DNA from: Owenia fusiformis
Lineage: Eukaryota
Reading direction: 5' to 3'
NCBI GenBank assembly: GCA_903813345.2
Contig: CAIIXF020000001.1
Coordinates: forward strand, 9,052,001-9,116,000
Length of the DNA stretch: 64,000 nt
In this document: positions 19,701-32,475 of the stretch, piece after piece
Numbering within the stretch: the stretch's first letter is position 1
Layout: each line of letters starts with the position of its first letter
Notes under the pieces: generated by a model
Told to the model about the DNA's origin: nothing
Database searches by the model: none
What the model saw: only the letters and a program-made list of their open reading frames with translations
Made by a program: the position numbers and the translations under genes

Positions 19701-20436
19701 TTTTACCATGATAGGATTAATTCTTTTGCAACCCTATAGTAATATACATGTGTGAAGTTTTTAAGTGGCATTCTGGGTTGAAAAACTTTCGAGAGTGTTG
19801 TTTTATTGTTTAGATGACGAAAACTTCAATAAAAAACAATATAAACACGGATTATAAACACAAAGGCTCTCTAGCCAAAACACTATGTTCACAGCTAAAT
19901 AGCCTTAAATTTTAAGGCTCTTTAGCATTTTAGCTAAAGAGCCTTAAATTTTAAGGTACTCCAGACACTTCGTTTTCGATATCGATCAAAATTTTCAAGA
20001 CAATTAAAAATATCATAAACAAACAGAAATATTTACACAAGTTCCAAGAAAATACTTTATTATGTAATACATCAACACTTGGAAAAATGTTAGCTTGAAA
20101 TAAAGTAGTAAAATATGCCGGTAAGGCATTTCAATGGGGACACCTAGGTGTGGGGCACCTAGGTGGTATTTAGTACAACCCCTTACAACTTCCGTTGTGA
20201 CAGAATCTAGTTCGAATTAAGGTAGTAACTATACAGATAAGTTATCTACAATGTACATATAAACATATGGGAAATTAATTTTCAAATGATGTTCAATTAA
20301 CAGATTTTATAATTAATACCTTAAATGACGTTTAAAGTAGCGGAATCTATGAGCGGAGTGATACAAATTTAAGTGCAATTCATCAAAAAGTGCATGCTGG
20401 GATACCTTTCATTGGCAAGGTCACTGATTTTTCGAA

Positions 20437-23400
20437 ATGCCAGATGAAGTGAGGAAGATTTACGGTAACGAGCTGTACCGAGAGTATCCCTCGTACACCG
20501 GAATCACCGGTAGATCCCATGATGCACGCAAATTCCAGAGAGTGCACTCTCCATTTTGGGATACCAAAGATGGCACTGATATGGCATATAAAGTGAAGGC
20601 CTCCACTTTCAGATTAGGCGGTCTGGGTAAGGACTACTATTTTTTTCATGGCCTGAGTTCGTCGCTAACATGCTAAATATAAGAGTTAGCTGACGTTTGA
20701 GAGTCTGACTTACATTCTAAAGGTTAGAACCCGAATGTTAATGAAACCATATCACCTTTGTTCCGTCAACCATGGAGCATTTGCCACAACATCCAACAGG
20801 TAAATCATGGACCGTGAAAATGAATGATTTCCTTGTAAGTTCCGGAAGTTTCAATACGAAAAATTACCGAACATATGTGAAAACCGAATATTTGTTCGTT
20901 GTTTTCACGATTTACAGGTTCGTTTGTTCTCCAATGTTTTGGTCTAAATTATAAAGCATCACCAACAGGTCTTACTCTATTAATCGACTAATACAGCAGA
21001 CGGCTCATATTTTTACGTAGCATTTCGTTCAGACCAATAGTGGGAGTGCAGATCATGCAGTTTCGTTCGTTGCATACTTCACTTGAAATTGGTAATTTTA
21101 AATATTGGCTACTTCACTTAGCTTGGCGGATGTATAACATTGCTTAATATTCTTTTAATTTTCACACCACTGTGCTTGGTTGACACGTCAACAAAGTAAA
21201 GTTCAAGGGTCAATGCGTTATTTCGTGATAACTACAACGCCTTCCCGGAAGTCAACATTAATGAAAAATGAAAAAGTCGGAAAAGCATTTACACTTACTC
21301 ACTTCGAGAGCCATGTTAGATTTTGAAACTTATGGCTCTCAAACGGAGAAGTGAACAGCTGATCAATAGTGACCTTTGAAACTGAATTAAGTCGATCCGC
21401 GGCTTACTTTTGGTCTCTAACTGTGTCTTACATCAGTATCATCAATCCGTGTAAGTATGGAGCGCTGGAGTACTTCTTTTTCGATCAAGACTTGTAAATT
21501 GTTCATCGAGTTAAAGTTTTACAGACCTATTTCCAATATGGCGGTTTGCTAGGTGCGAGATACGCAACGAACGAAATGAATTTTGAGAATTAGTTAGGTT
21601 CGGACAACCTCCGGAGATTTACGAAAATGTCCGAGCAGAAACCGCCATATTGGAATTTGGCAGTAAAACGATTTCCTCGACTAACAATTACAAGTCTTGA
21701 TCGAAAAAGAAGTACTCCAGCGCTCCAATACTTACACGGATTGATGATACTGATGTAAGACACAGTTAGAGACCAAAAGTAAGCCGCGGATCGACTTAAT
21801 TCGATTTCAAAGGTCACGATCATTGAGCTGTCCAAATGCTCCGTGGGAAAGCTATTATATCAAAATCCAAATAGCTTTCGCAGGAAGTAAATTTACACTA
21901 ATTTCTATCAAATGCTGTGTTTATGCATCATCAATGACTCAACAAAGGTGATATGGTTTCATTAAGATTCGGGTTCTAACCTTTAGAAGGTAAGTCAGAC
22001 TCCCAAACGTCAGCTAACTCTTATATTTAGCATGTTAGCGACGAAATCAGGCCATGAAAAAAATAGTAAGGCTTTCCTGCACAGGCAATGGAACATAGAA
22101 ATACCCCCCCCCCACTCTCTGTACATAAGTAAATAATAATAATTATTTACTTATGTACAGAGAGCGGGGGGGGGGGATTATTTCTATGTTCCATTGCCTG
22201 TGCTTTCCTGTATTTCTTCATCCTACAATATAGGCTAGTTCAAATCAATCAATAGTAGCCTACAACTTGTTGTAGATACCACTCTTCCACAATGTCATCT
22301 CATGGCAATTTTAAGATGTCATGTAGGCTAGAGACACTTTTGGCTTATCCGGTTTCATGACTCGGCCATGAAATACGATACTACAATATCGTAAATCTAC
22401 TGTATAATCTAAATAATGACCCAGTAAATAGTCATAGAGTCGCCTTATTGATGTTTTGGTGACTCTGTAAGACTGAAGTGTCCTTAGTAGAGTCCATTTC
22501 ACTGCTTCATTGCGTCAGTAGAACGGCAAAAATAAGAAATTGGGAGACCATTGTGCAATAATATATGGAAACGTATATTCATAATGTACATGAATGACAG
22601 ATTTTTTAGTTTTTTGTGCAATAAGCCTGTGCCGTCTTGTAATTTGAAGAATTTCAGCTATGTTATTCTTATTGAAAATAACATGGCAGAGAAGCATCCA
22701 AATATAAGAGGCCACACACTTTATAAGCCAAACTAGAAGCAATCCAAGATATACAAATGTCATTCATGTACAATAGGAATATATTTTTCCATATATTATT
22801 GCAAAAGGATATTTTGATTTCTTATTTTTTAACTTTTACTGACGCAGTTAAACAATGAAATGGACTCTAATTGAGTTAAAAAAATGACATTTACAAAAAC
22901 ATGGCAGCCATTTTTCATGGAGAGGCCAGATCAAAAATCCCCTTTCAAGCAGAGGTCCTACAACCACAAAATGAAAACCTTTAAAATTTGATTCGTCAAG
23001 GCGTCAACCGATAACCAGTATTAGAGATATCACCCAAACACACAGACAAACAATCAAATGAATGGTCAGAGATAACAATTTTTCTTCTTTATCCGATATT
23101 GTGATTGTGTACGTAACTTGACACTTTAATGCTGCCTTTTGTCACTTGGTACAGTATTTTCACTTTGTAGGAATAATCACTTGATACTTGTCACTTATAC
23201 TTGTTTATACATTCATTGAGAGAGCGCATTGATTGATAAGACTATTTTGGTAAAGAGTCACTGTCTCTATTGTGATGGTCGTTCATTGGTATAAAAGGAG
23301 ATAGCCTTATCCAGTAATTATAAGGGAATTGTTCATCAAAATCTAGCTATCCATATCAAAATGCAATTCACTGAATGCTTTCAAGTGGCATTCATTTCTT

Positions 23401-26400
23401 TTATTTATTATAGAGGTCATGGCAGCTACTCTTGCATGGTTTGTCTCTCAGTATTTCTATGCAAAAAGGGCAATGAGAATTCAGTATGCATACTTTTTGA
23501 CACTTTGGCTTAATGCCAACATAATACATTTTTCCTCTGTCAATATCTGATTATATTGTAATTTTTGATATATATATTGCAATATTATACATAGTTTGGG
23601 TAATTTTCTTAATGTACTGTACTGTATCAATTCTTTTTCTGTTAGCGATTGCCTGGTTCATCAAGCTACTCTTGGTATTGCTATTTTAGATTTGTTTTTT
23701 TTATGTTACAGGGGCTGTTATTGGCACATGTGACTGCCTCTTATATTCCCATCCTACTACATCCCTGGATGGAGCATTGAGAGTTGGAAAGTGGACAGGA
23801 TACATGGGTAAGTAGTGTCAGCATGCAACTTAAAATCAAAAATATGCATAATAAGATACTTCATGAACTGAATTATTATGCCACCACCAAACGTGGTGAC
23901 ATATTGTTATCCTCTCTGTTCTTTTTGGCTCACACAGTGAGCCTATGGGATCGACCAGGAGTCCGTCCGTTTGTCCATCCATCTGTCCGTCCGTCCATCC
24001 GTCCGTCAACATTGGCCTCACAAATTAAAACTGCTATTCGGATTGAGTCATTTCCACATTCATTTTATGCATATCCATAATGCTTATTTGACCTGTCATC
24101 ACCATTTCCCAAGTTCGCCCGTTTACCGAGAAATTGCTGATTTTGACTTCAAAAAGTCAAATTGTCTGTAAATACTAGACACTTTGTTGAAGTAGAACTT
24201 TCAAATAACTTGTAGTAGTTGCTGTTTATGCAACTTATGTCCTCTGAAGATTTCAAAGCTCTTTGAATTACAGTTTTTGGTGTTTACTCTATAAAATTTG
24301 ACAAAAAGTACGACTCATTTTCGGGAAACTTTCTCATGTATAAAGTCAATGGCAGGTTTTGTGATTGACAAGTTTCTCAAAGTTTGCCTTATACTCGATT
24401 ATTTCTTGCAATGAATTACATCATTACTAGATTTAAGCATTCCTTACATATTGCTCAATATATGTCAGCATCAAATTTTTACCGTTTTTGAGATATTTGA
24501 CGTCAAAAACCTGTAAAAATAAGTTATTTTTCAACTTGCTTCAGTTTGACCAAATTTTTTTTTTGAAAATCATCTACAAGTTGCCAGGAGTTCAAATCTG
24601 ACATTAGATTTAGGATTTGACCTTTACTTGACCTTCAGTGACCTTCAAAAGGTCAAAAAAGTTGATTTTTCAAATTGATTTTTGGATGTAAATTTTGGTC
24701 AGCTTAATCACAAAAGACCTTACTGAGCTCTGAACAAGTAAAATTTTCAAGGTCAAAGGTGATCAAACTAGGTCACACAACTGTGCTATCTAAGTTTCTC
24801 GAATACAGTTCTAAGTTCGAAAATACAAATCCAAATCAATATTTTTGTTTGAAAGTCAGGATATACATTCCTCTGAAGGTTCCAAACTGTGTGAGCATAG
24901 GACCGTGGGTCCTTCATTTATGGCGCTTGGCGTCTGTAGCAAATTCTTACAACTTCCAATAACTTAACAAATACTGTTTAGACTGACTTAAATTTTTTCA
25001 AAATCATCTACAAGTTTTCAGAAGTTCAAATCTGACTTTATATTTAAAATTTGACTTTCAATGACCTTCTCAAGGTCAAAAAAGGTCAAAACGTTTTTTT
25101 TCAACTTGACCAAATCTTTTTTCAAAATCATCTACTAGTTCTCAAAAGTAATTAGATGGTGACATTTTGTCATGTTAATGCCTTGTTTTAAGTATTTAAT
25201 ATACTAGGCATATATAACAAATAAAAATGAAAAGACTAGATCTTAGTGAATAATGCAACTTACCAATATCCTTGTGAGAAAATAACTATAGAACCTGTGT
25301 TTCAACTTCTGAATCTTCTGATACAAGTCACGTCACAAAGACTGAGATTCAATTCAGATATGGATACATTTTGAGTGTTTGATTGTCTTGGATTTTTTGT
25401 AAACATTGCTTTTTGCCTAACACAATTTTTTTTTAATTTGAAATGAATGATAAGATTTCTTATTTGAGATGACACATACATGTTTATGTTCCAGCTTTGG
25501 CAGGGGGCATGTACTCTTCTGCAGTTGGGCTTTTAGCAAATCTGAGGAATGAGGATGGACCAGTCAATCACATGCTTGGAGGAGCAATGATGGGATCAGT
25601 TGCTGGAATGGCTGGTAAGTATTCATTTGTGAATTTTATGGCAGTGTTCGCATTGACGCCGTTTTTTCTCATTTTTACGGAAATTTCAAGAGGTCGGACG
25701 GGAAAATCAGAAATAACTTACGTCCCTGGGACGCAAAGATTCTACACCACCATCAGGTAACTTTTACTGCAGCGTAGAAGTGATAAAACATGATTTTCTG
25801 AAGAATTTTCAAATCGTCTACTTCCTTGATCTCAATAATGTTTATGTCGGCAAATCTGATTGGCTACCGGAGTGTCACAGTATATTCGCGGGGTTTCTAG
25901 TCTGAAACACAGCATTTGATTGGCTATGGTGCCCTCCGAGTCATTCCGGAGTATACCGAAGCTGGATTATCTGTTGTACGCAAACATTAGTTTCAAAATT
26001 GAGAATTGAGACTTGTTTTTCACGATAATCTTAGTTAAAGTGTCTTTCTATGACTTAGAAGGAGAAATATGAGATTTCGAGCCATATATCTCAAGAAAAT
26101 GCTCTTACCTTTCTAGTAGGATGAGTTCAGGTGCCAAAAACAGCTGATCAAAGGATATATATCATTTTCTAATTGAAAATTTTTGTTGAGCCCTGCATTT
26201 TTAACACTGTTTTGACAGGAAGTCATACCCAAAATGAAAACTGAATAAAACAACACTTATCCTAAATGTAGATCAAAATACTTACTCAGATATGCAAAAT
26301 GTTATTATAAGTAGTAATGCTGATCATTTCTAAGAAATTTAAGCATATAAATAAGACTTTTTCAATCCTTGATTATATAGATAAAGAATTTCTTCATTTT

Positions 26401-29400
26401 GCAAGCTTTGTCTATTTGGTGTAGTGGTTAGAGCCTTGGACCTTTATTCCAAAAGATCTGGGTTCAAATCCCACGGGCGGAATATATTTTTATTCTTTAT
26501 TTTATTTATTTTTTATTTTGATCCACAATATTTCTAAAACAAATTTTATATATGGCACTCAAACCATATTTAGTATTTCCAAGGGTTTTAATTTTTAGAT
26601 GAAATCATGGAAAGTTACTTTAATTTCACTAGGAACCGTTAGATACCGATCTTATGTTATGTATCAATATAATTATTTAATGATAGATCAACGTTTTTCA
26701 TCCAAAAGTCGTCAGAGTAAGGAGAAATGTTATAAAAAGAAACAAAAAGTTCACGACCTTGAAGATCGGTGGCTGGTAAAATGTGAAAACAACTTTTAAT
26801 TTGAGTATTTCTTTCATTCATTTCGGAGAATTTTGGTATAACATTAGTAAATAATTGTGTGAAAAGGACCAAATGATAGATATTTATCGGGTAAATGCAT
26901 AGAATTACAATATATGTCACTTTATCCCGTTTTAGCGTAAGCACTCTATTATCGCCCACTTCACTTTCACTGTAATAACAAAATATGAGGGACGCAAAAA
27001 AAATTAGACGGGACTCACATTTTTCAAATGTGTTGCGTCCCTGGGACTCAGAAATTTAAATGGCTAGCGCGAACACTGTTATGGTAATTATCCCAACAAA
27101 CAAAGTTTGATATGGTTATAGTGAAGCCCTCCGTCCGTCAGTCAGTCAGTCCGTGGATGCATTTTCTTCATATTTGGTGGAAAGATGTATATTGGCAATT
27201 GGTGAATAGTTGTACGCAATAAAAAATTCTAAGATGGCCGCCAAAGTTTTTCATTTTAAACCAAAGCAATAAATATTATTGTTTGAAATTGAGGTAGTAT
27301 ATTCACAACATCTATCTATTTCATATATATTCCGAGTTTTTCATCATGACTCCCAGGTCCATGTAGGGGGGGTCGGGAAAATGGCAATTTGCATTAATTT
27401 TAATCTGATGGATTGGCGGATTCAGAAAATCCGCCAAATTAAAAATCTGTCAAATTTCAGTTTTGAATTTTTGTCTAATCACCCTATGCAGACAGAGCCT
27501 GTCGGAAATGTTCTTCAGATATGAGCCCCCTCTAAATATTGGGTGCGGAGCTACGTTTATGGAGCTGCTCCGCACCCAATATTTAGAGGGGGCTCATATC
27601 TGAAAAAATTTCCGAAATTTTTATAAAATCACACAGATACTGCCTGGCTTCCAAGATGCAAAAATAATTTGTATAGATAGTGCACCTTGAACACCATTTT
27701 TTATGAATGCTGGGGACTCAGTATTAAAAGGATAATTTCAAAATATATAGGTCTGGGAAAGGTTTAAGGCACACTGCGTCGCTACAGAATGAATTGCGCT
27801 ACTATTCTCACAATTGTATTGATATTTGGTGTCAAATACACATATCTTGGTATATTTGAAGTCCCAAAACGGCTTAGTTTCAGAAATATCCCAAATTTAA
27901 ATTCAAAAATAACCGTTAGCTTCGCACCCTCCGCTCATTTGCTCCGCACCCAATATTTCCCACAGGCTCTGTCTGCATAGGGTGCTAATGCACTTCAGAA
28001 ATAAACTCCGGGGGCCCCTTTTCCTGTTCCAAAAGAAATAATTGTTATATACAATAGAAATACAGAAAATATATTAGTAAACACCTGTCCTAATGACATA
28101 AACATCTACAAAAATTAAACTTCAGTCCTGAATCCACTAAATTAAATAGCTGGGCCAATATTTGAAATTGAGCAAATCCTTCAAATTAAGTAGCGTCAAA
28201 ATAAGTGTATCTACAGTACTCAAATGAAAAGCAATTTAGAGTGGATTGCAAATATTGCATCGGTTTTGTAATTTGGGTCTCGAAAAATTCAAAATTGCCG
28301 CCCTATGTGAGATTTTGCAATAATTTTCTGATCCCTTTAAAGTATGGCTATATTATACTCAAATTGAAGGAAGTTTAGGGTAGGTCATTATTACTATGGT
28401 ATTGTCTTTCTGATTTTTGCCTCAGAAAATTCCAAGTGGCTGCCAACAGGAATTTGCGTTAATTTTGAGATCTTTCAGAAGTATAGCTTTATTATACTCA
28501 AATGAAAGGCAATTTAGAGTAGATTGCAAATATTGTTTCGGTTTTGTAATTTGGGCCTTGTAAAATTCAAAATGGCCACCACCTTATGTGGAATTTTGCA
28601 ATAATTTTCTGATCTCTTCAAGGTATGGCTATATTATTCTCAAATTGAAGGAAATTTAGGGCCGGCAGTTCACTATTTTGGTATTGTTTTCCTGATTTGT
28701 GCCTCAGAAAATTCAAATTGTCTATATTATTTGTGCCTTTAAATGGTCACCCAAATGCTTTTAAAATTGGTAGAAACTCTGATATATCTCTAATGTTTCC
28801 AATGTTTATATTTTTTGTGAGAAATACAGATGTTATAGTGTTCATTGGGATTGGCTACTCCGTGGAGTTGCCGTTTTCAGTTGAAGAATAGTTCAAATTG
28901 AGTGCTCATTCTGCTCAAACCTTTAGTAATGTCAGAAAATAAGGCTGACATAAAAATGATGCAAGCTTAACATTTTTTCATTAGCAATGATTTCAATTAT
29001 ATACAAAGACTCCTTATATGTTTCTGTAACAAATGGCAGGTGACATTATGCATCTTAATGCCTTGTTGATTTTAAGGGATGCTATTGCAAACCCAATGCC
29101 CTTGTTGTTGTTGAAACAGTTGAACCCATTATAAATATTTATTTTTTTGTATTGATACCCAGCCGCCTTATTTGCATAGTTGGACGGTGCAATTATGTCA
29201 TTGTATAGCAATTGTATTTTATGTAATGTATGGTGATTGTATTTTAATATTTGTTCCATGAATTCACAAATCATATAGAACTTGCCTAATACTATGCAAT
29301 GTTATTTGTTTCAGCTAAGAGTACCAAGGTTGGCAGTGGAATGGCAGTTTTCCTCGCTTTGTCTTGTGGACTTTTGAAACAATTCGTCAATGAGGGTGTT

Positions 29401-29529
29401 ATATTTATGCCCATCAACAAGAATTCAAGATTCACGTATAAAGAGATGGGATTTCTTAACCATGAAAACAGAACATTTGATACATTCAGGAAGGAATATC
29501 CTTCACTAAGGGATGAAGTGAAAGGATAA
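20437..29529 (+). CDS. NDUFA11: NADH:ubiquinone oxidoreductase subunit A11 (TIM17/22/23 family), 4 exons, 206 aa
   Basis: Exons 20437-20626, 23712-23807, 25495-25614 and 29315-29529, all GT-AG and in frame (621 nt); motifs FWDTKDGTD, SHP..LDGALRVG, ANLRNEDGPVNHMLGG. Confidence 0.88.
20637..22066. mobile_element. Non-autonomous DNA element with ~125-bp TIRs and a second internal ~180-bp inverted repeat
   Basis: CTATTTTTTTCATGGCCTGA...CACCTTTGTT is mirrored at 21941..22066; TA flanks; internal arms ~21370-21550 and ~21637-21817. Confidence 0.8.
22080..22202. mobile_element. 123-bp foldback MITE
   Basis: Near-perfect palindrome CACAGGCAATGGAACATAGAAATA...TATTTCTATGTTCCATTGCCTGTG with 8-bp TSD CTTTCCTG. 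Confidence 0.85.
22488..22869. mobile_element. MITE-like element
   Basis: TIRs TAGAGTCCATTTCA..TGCGTCAGTA / TACTGACGCA..TGAAATGGACTCTA. Confidence 0.6.
23875..25190 (+). repeat. Interspersed repeat with (GTCC)n microsatellite and TGACC motifs (HINE/Helentron-associated-like)
   Basis: GTCCGTCCGT tract at 23960-24007, internal sub-repeats and a 3' ...GCCTTGTT end; a similar layout occurs at ~27090-29070 and ~51760-52220. Confidence 0.45.
25642..27078. mobile_element. hAT-like non-autonomous element containing a tRNA-like segment (~26417-26480)
   Basis: TIR CAGTGTTCGC / GCGAACACTG; TTATGG duplicated at the flanks; subterminal CGTCCCTGGGAC on both sides. Confidence 0.65.
27480..27984. mobile_element. 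Transib-like MITE
   Basis: 24-bp perfect TIR CACCCTATGCAGACAGAGCCTGT; 5-bp TSD CTAAT; CAC...GTG ends. Confidence 0.8.
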
Positions 29530-32289
29530 AGTATGCAAATAAACTAGGAAATTATAATAGGATACATTGTAGAAATTAATATTTGTCCTTTTATCGCTGC
29601 TGCATATGACTTATTACCATACTGTGTGATCTTAGTCATAGTTTTTTGGACAACCATATTTTCAACAATAGTTTCGAAAAGAGTAAAATGCATGTGAACT
29701 GTGACAAACTGAGAATTCATTTCACAGCATTTCTTTTACCCTGATTTCAAGGAATTAGAGGTAATCTAGGAATTTACACTTTGTCAATTTGATGATTTGT
29801 ATCACTTGCACTTCAAATAACTGCCAAATTAATGCTGTATGAAATGTCCTGCTTGTGACTTGTAAATAAAGCACATAGAGTTTTTCTGGGAAAACTTGGT
29901 TTTAACTTGTGCTAATTTAGTCAATAAAATTGTTGAAAAATCAAATTATGAATTTTGTACATGTAATTGGTATACACAGTTTGTGTTGATACCCACTGGA
30001 CTCCACTGGTTTGATACTTTTGTCCTCATTTATTTGTCTCTAAATCAATCAATGAAACGATGGTTCAGGATTTTCAGAACATACAATATTGTTTTTATTC
30101 TGTAATACACAGAGGGTATAGCCATGATCTGAAAATAGATGAGACAAAACTAGTTCAAAATATAAGAATCACCCCTTGAAATACCATTAGACTTCATTTT
30201 CACCCATTTTAGTAAAGAAAGGTCAGACTTAATAATTTCATGCCTTATGATAATGACATTATGACCTGATCCAAAAGGTAACATGACTACAATTAGAATG
30301 ATATCCAAATGTATTTCAATCATTATCCCAACCATGGGCTTTCAATTAGATCTAGTTGAAAGCCCATGTCCCAACAAAGGAAGCTTGATAGGGACATAGT
30401 GAAGCCATCCAAAATTGATCTGATGTTTCATTTTCAACCAAACCAATGGGTACTAGCCCATTGTTCCAAATTTTGAGTAGGTCAAGTGTTCAATTTATGA
30501 AATATAGTGTAATTAAATATCATCAATGACTTACAGTTTTATAGATATCATATTTTTCTGTGGAGGCATGCCAGACCACTCAAAAACATGACCAGAAATA
30601 AATCAGGACTAGGAGGCCGTTTCTCGAAAGTTTGTTATGAACAATTCATTAATTCAATAGTTAATGACGATTTTTCTGTTTCTCGAAAGTTAACCATTCG
30701 CAATGACATTATGATTTTTAACGATTTATCCGTTATCCATGATTGATTTTACGAGTACGAATGGGGGTCTCGTTATTCCATTATCGATGCGGTGTCCATA
30801 GAAACGAATCCATGATTCTTTAATAACGATAAGTTTCGATAAACTGCCTCCAGACTATGGCTAAGGAAACCCAATTACAGAAAATTGCATATTTATTTGT
30901 TATGGTCTTCAACTTTTTGTGGCACTGTTTGGTTTTCTGCAGTTGGTGTTTGCATGGGCTTTTTGAAATAAAAGGAGTATTCTCTCGTTGAAATATGAAA
31001 CATTTTGACCAACACCTACAACACAATCCACATCTTCTCCAAAACCATAGAACGGTGTAAAAAGCTGCATTTGTTTATCACTTGATATAGTGACTCATGG
31101 ATAACGGTTTTTGGTCTGCAAATGAAGATGGTCGATGGATTCCTGTGTAAAATTATAAGTACACACTACCCTACCTCGATCGCGCATGTGCGAATCTTTT
31201 GGCTTTCAACCAGGTCGCTTTTGAGTATATCGACTGCTTAGTCAAAAGGTTAATACGTTTGGTGCTCAGTGTGAGTCAATATTGCTATTCGCTACACTTC
31301 AGTGGTGCAATAGTGAAGTCCATGTTCCAAGTTATATGATAGTTGAAGAAAGAATGTAAATAATATCGTTTTAGATTTTAAAATATTTGATATGTCATAG
31401 TACATGGAACACAGTTGCAAAAGTTGATCAATACAGGGTACAAGGAATGTAAATTGTTCAATAGTACAGGGAGCGAGAAAGTAAGCTGATTATACCGACC
31501 TCATGTACATTTACGTTGCAAACAGTGAAAGTAATGCTAAAAAGGCCGCCTGTTGATGCTTTGAGGTGTCATCAATTGTTATTTAATCCAAATAAAGTAA
31601 ACATTATTTTGTAGATTTAGACACGGGCTTTCGGGTCGTATGCATTTTAGTCATTAATTAACAAGAACGCTAGATTATACGTGTTACTAAGGTATCAAAT
31701 TGAAATAAAATAACGAAATTAAATATTAACACGTTAATGATAAATGACTATCGGCTCTCAGTATTAATGACTATCTGCTACTCAGAATAATTAAAATTGC
31801 CTGAACTACATGTGAAGAATCTTTCTATAGAACCCCTTGAATGGTCTAATTCACTACCGTCCTCAAAAACCGATCATTCAAAATGTTTTATTCAAATTCG
31901 AAAAAATACAGTTGACTAACATACTAGAAAACGTATCCACCTATAACACGATGACACGCAGTTTAAATAACAGTTAACTGTTTTTTTTGTTACATATCAA
32001 TGTAACATTTTCGAAGGGAAACTTACATGCTCCCTGTACGTTGATAGATTTACTGAAATGTATCGTGTATTGCATTCGTGTTTTGCTTCACTGCGCCCAC
32101 TATTATCTATCTACCTATAGACTAGTGGTTTTTTGCCAACAATATTCTACACACTGCTTGATGAATCAATTCTATGTCTGGTAGAACACTAGAAATAAAT
32201 GTAAAATGTATTTTACGTTCAGAAATATGGAATTAAACCCACGTCCTCCATTTGCAACTAAGCCGTACCCTGTTTCCCTTTTAAACGTG

Positions 32290-32299
32290 GTCACGTGGT
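32290..32299 (+). promoter_or_regulatory. CLEAR-like E-box upstream of the MFSD8-like gene
   Basis: GTCACGTGGT about 180 bp before the ATG; ETS-type ACCGGAAGT at ~32377. Confidence 0.4.
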
Positions 32300-32475
32300 A
32301 GGGTAGTGTGAAGTAAGAAATATCCGAACAGCAATAGTGAACTTTTTGTACGTTCGCCAAAATGATGCAACATACCACCGGAAGTAAAACTTTTCAAGTC
32401 GAACATTTTCGAGTGACACTTTGAAGGCGATTTCTGGGTGATTTATGCCATAACATTCAAAATCTAGGTAGTACA

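Larger units (their letters stand above)
17506..20181. mobile_element. Non-autonomous DNA transposon with nested insertions
   Basis: TIRs GGGTGTTACTAAATACCACCTAGGTG / CACCTAGGTGGTATTTAGTACAACCC; 8-bp TSD CTTACAAC (17498..17505 and 20182..20189); internal GAGCCTTAAATTTTAAGGCTC palindromes. Confidence 0.75.
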
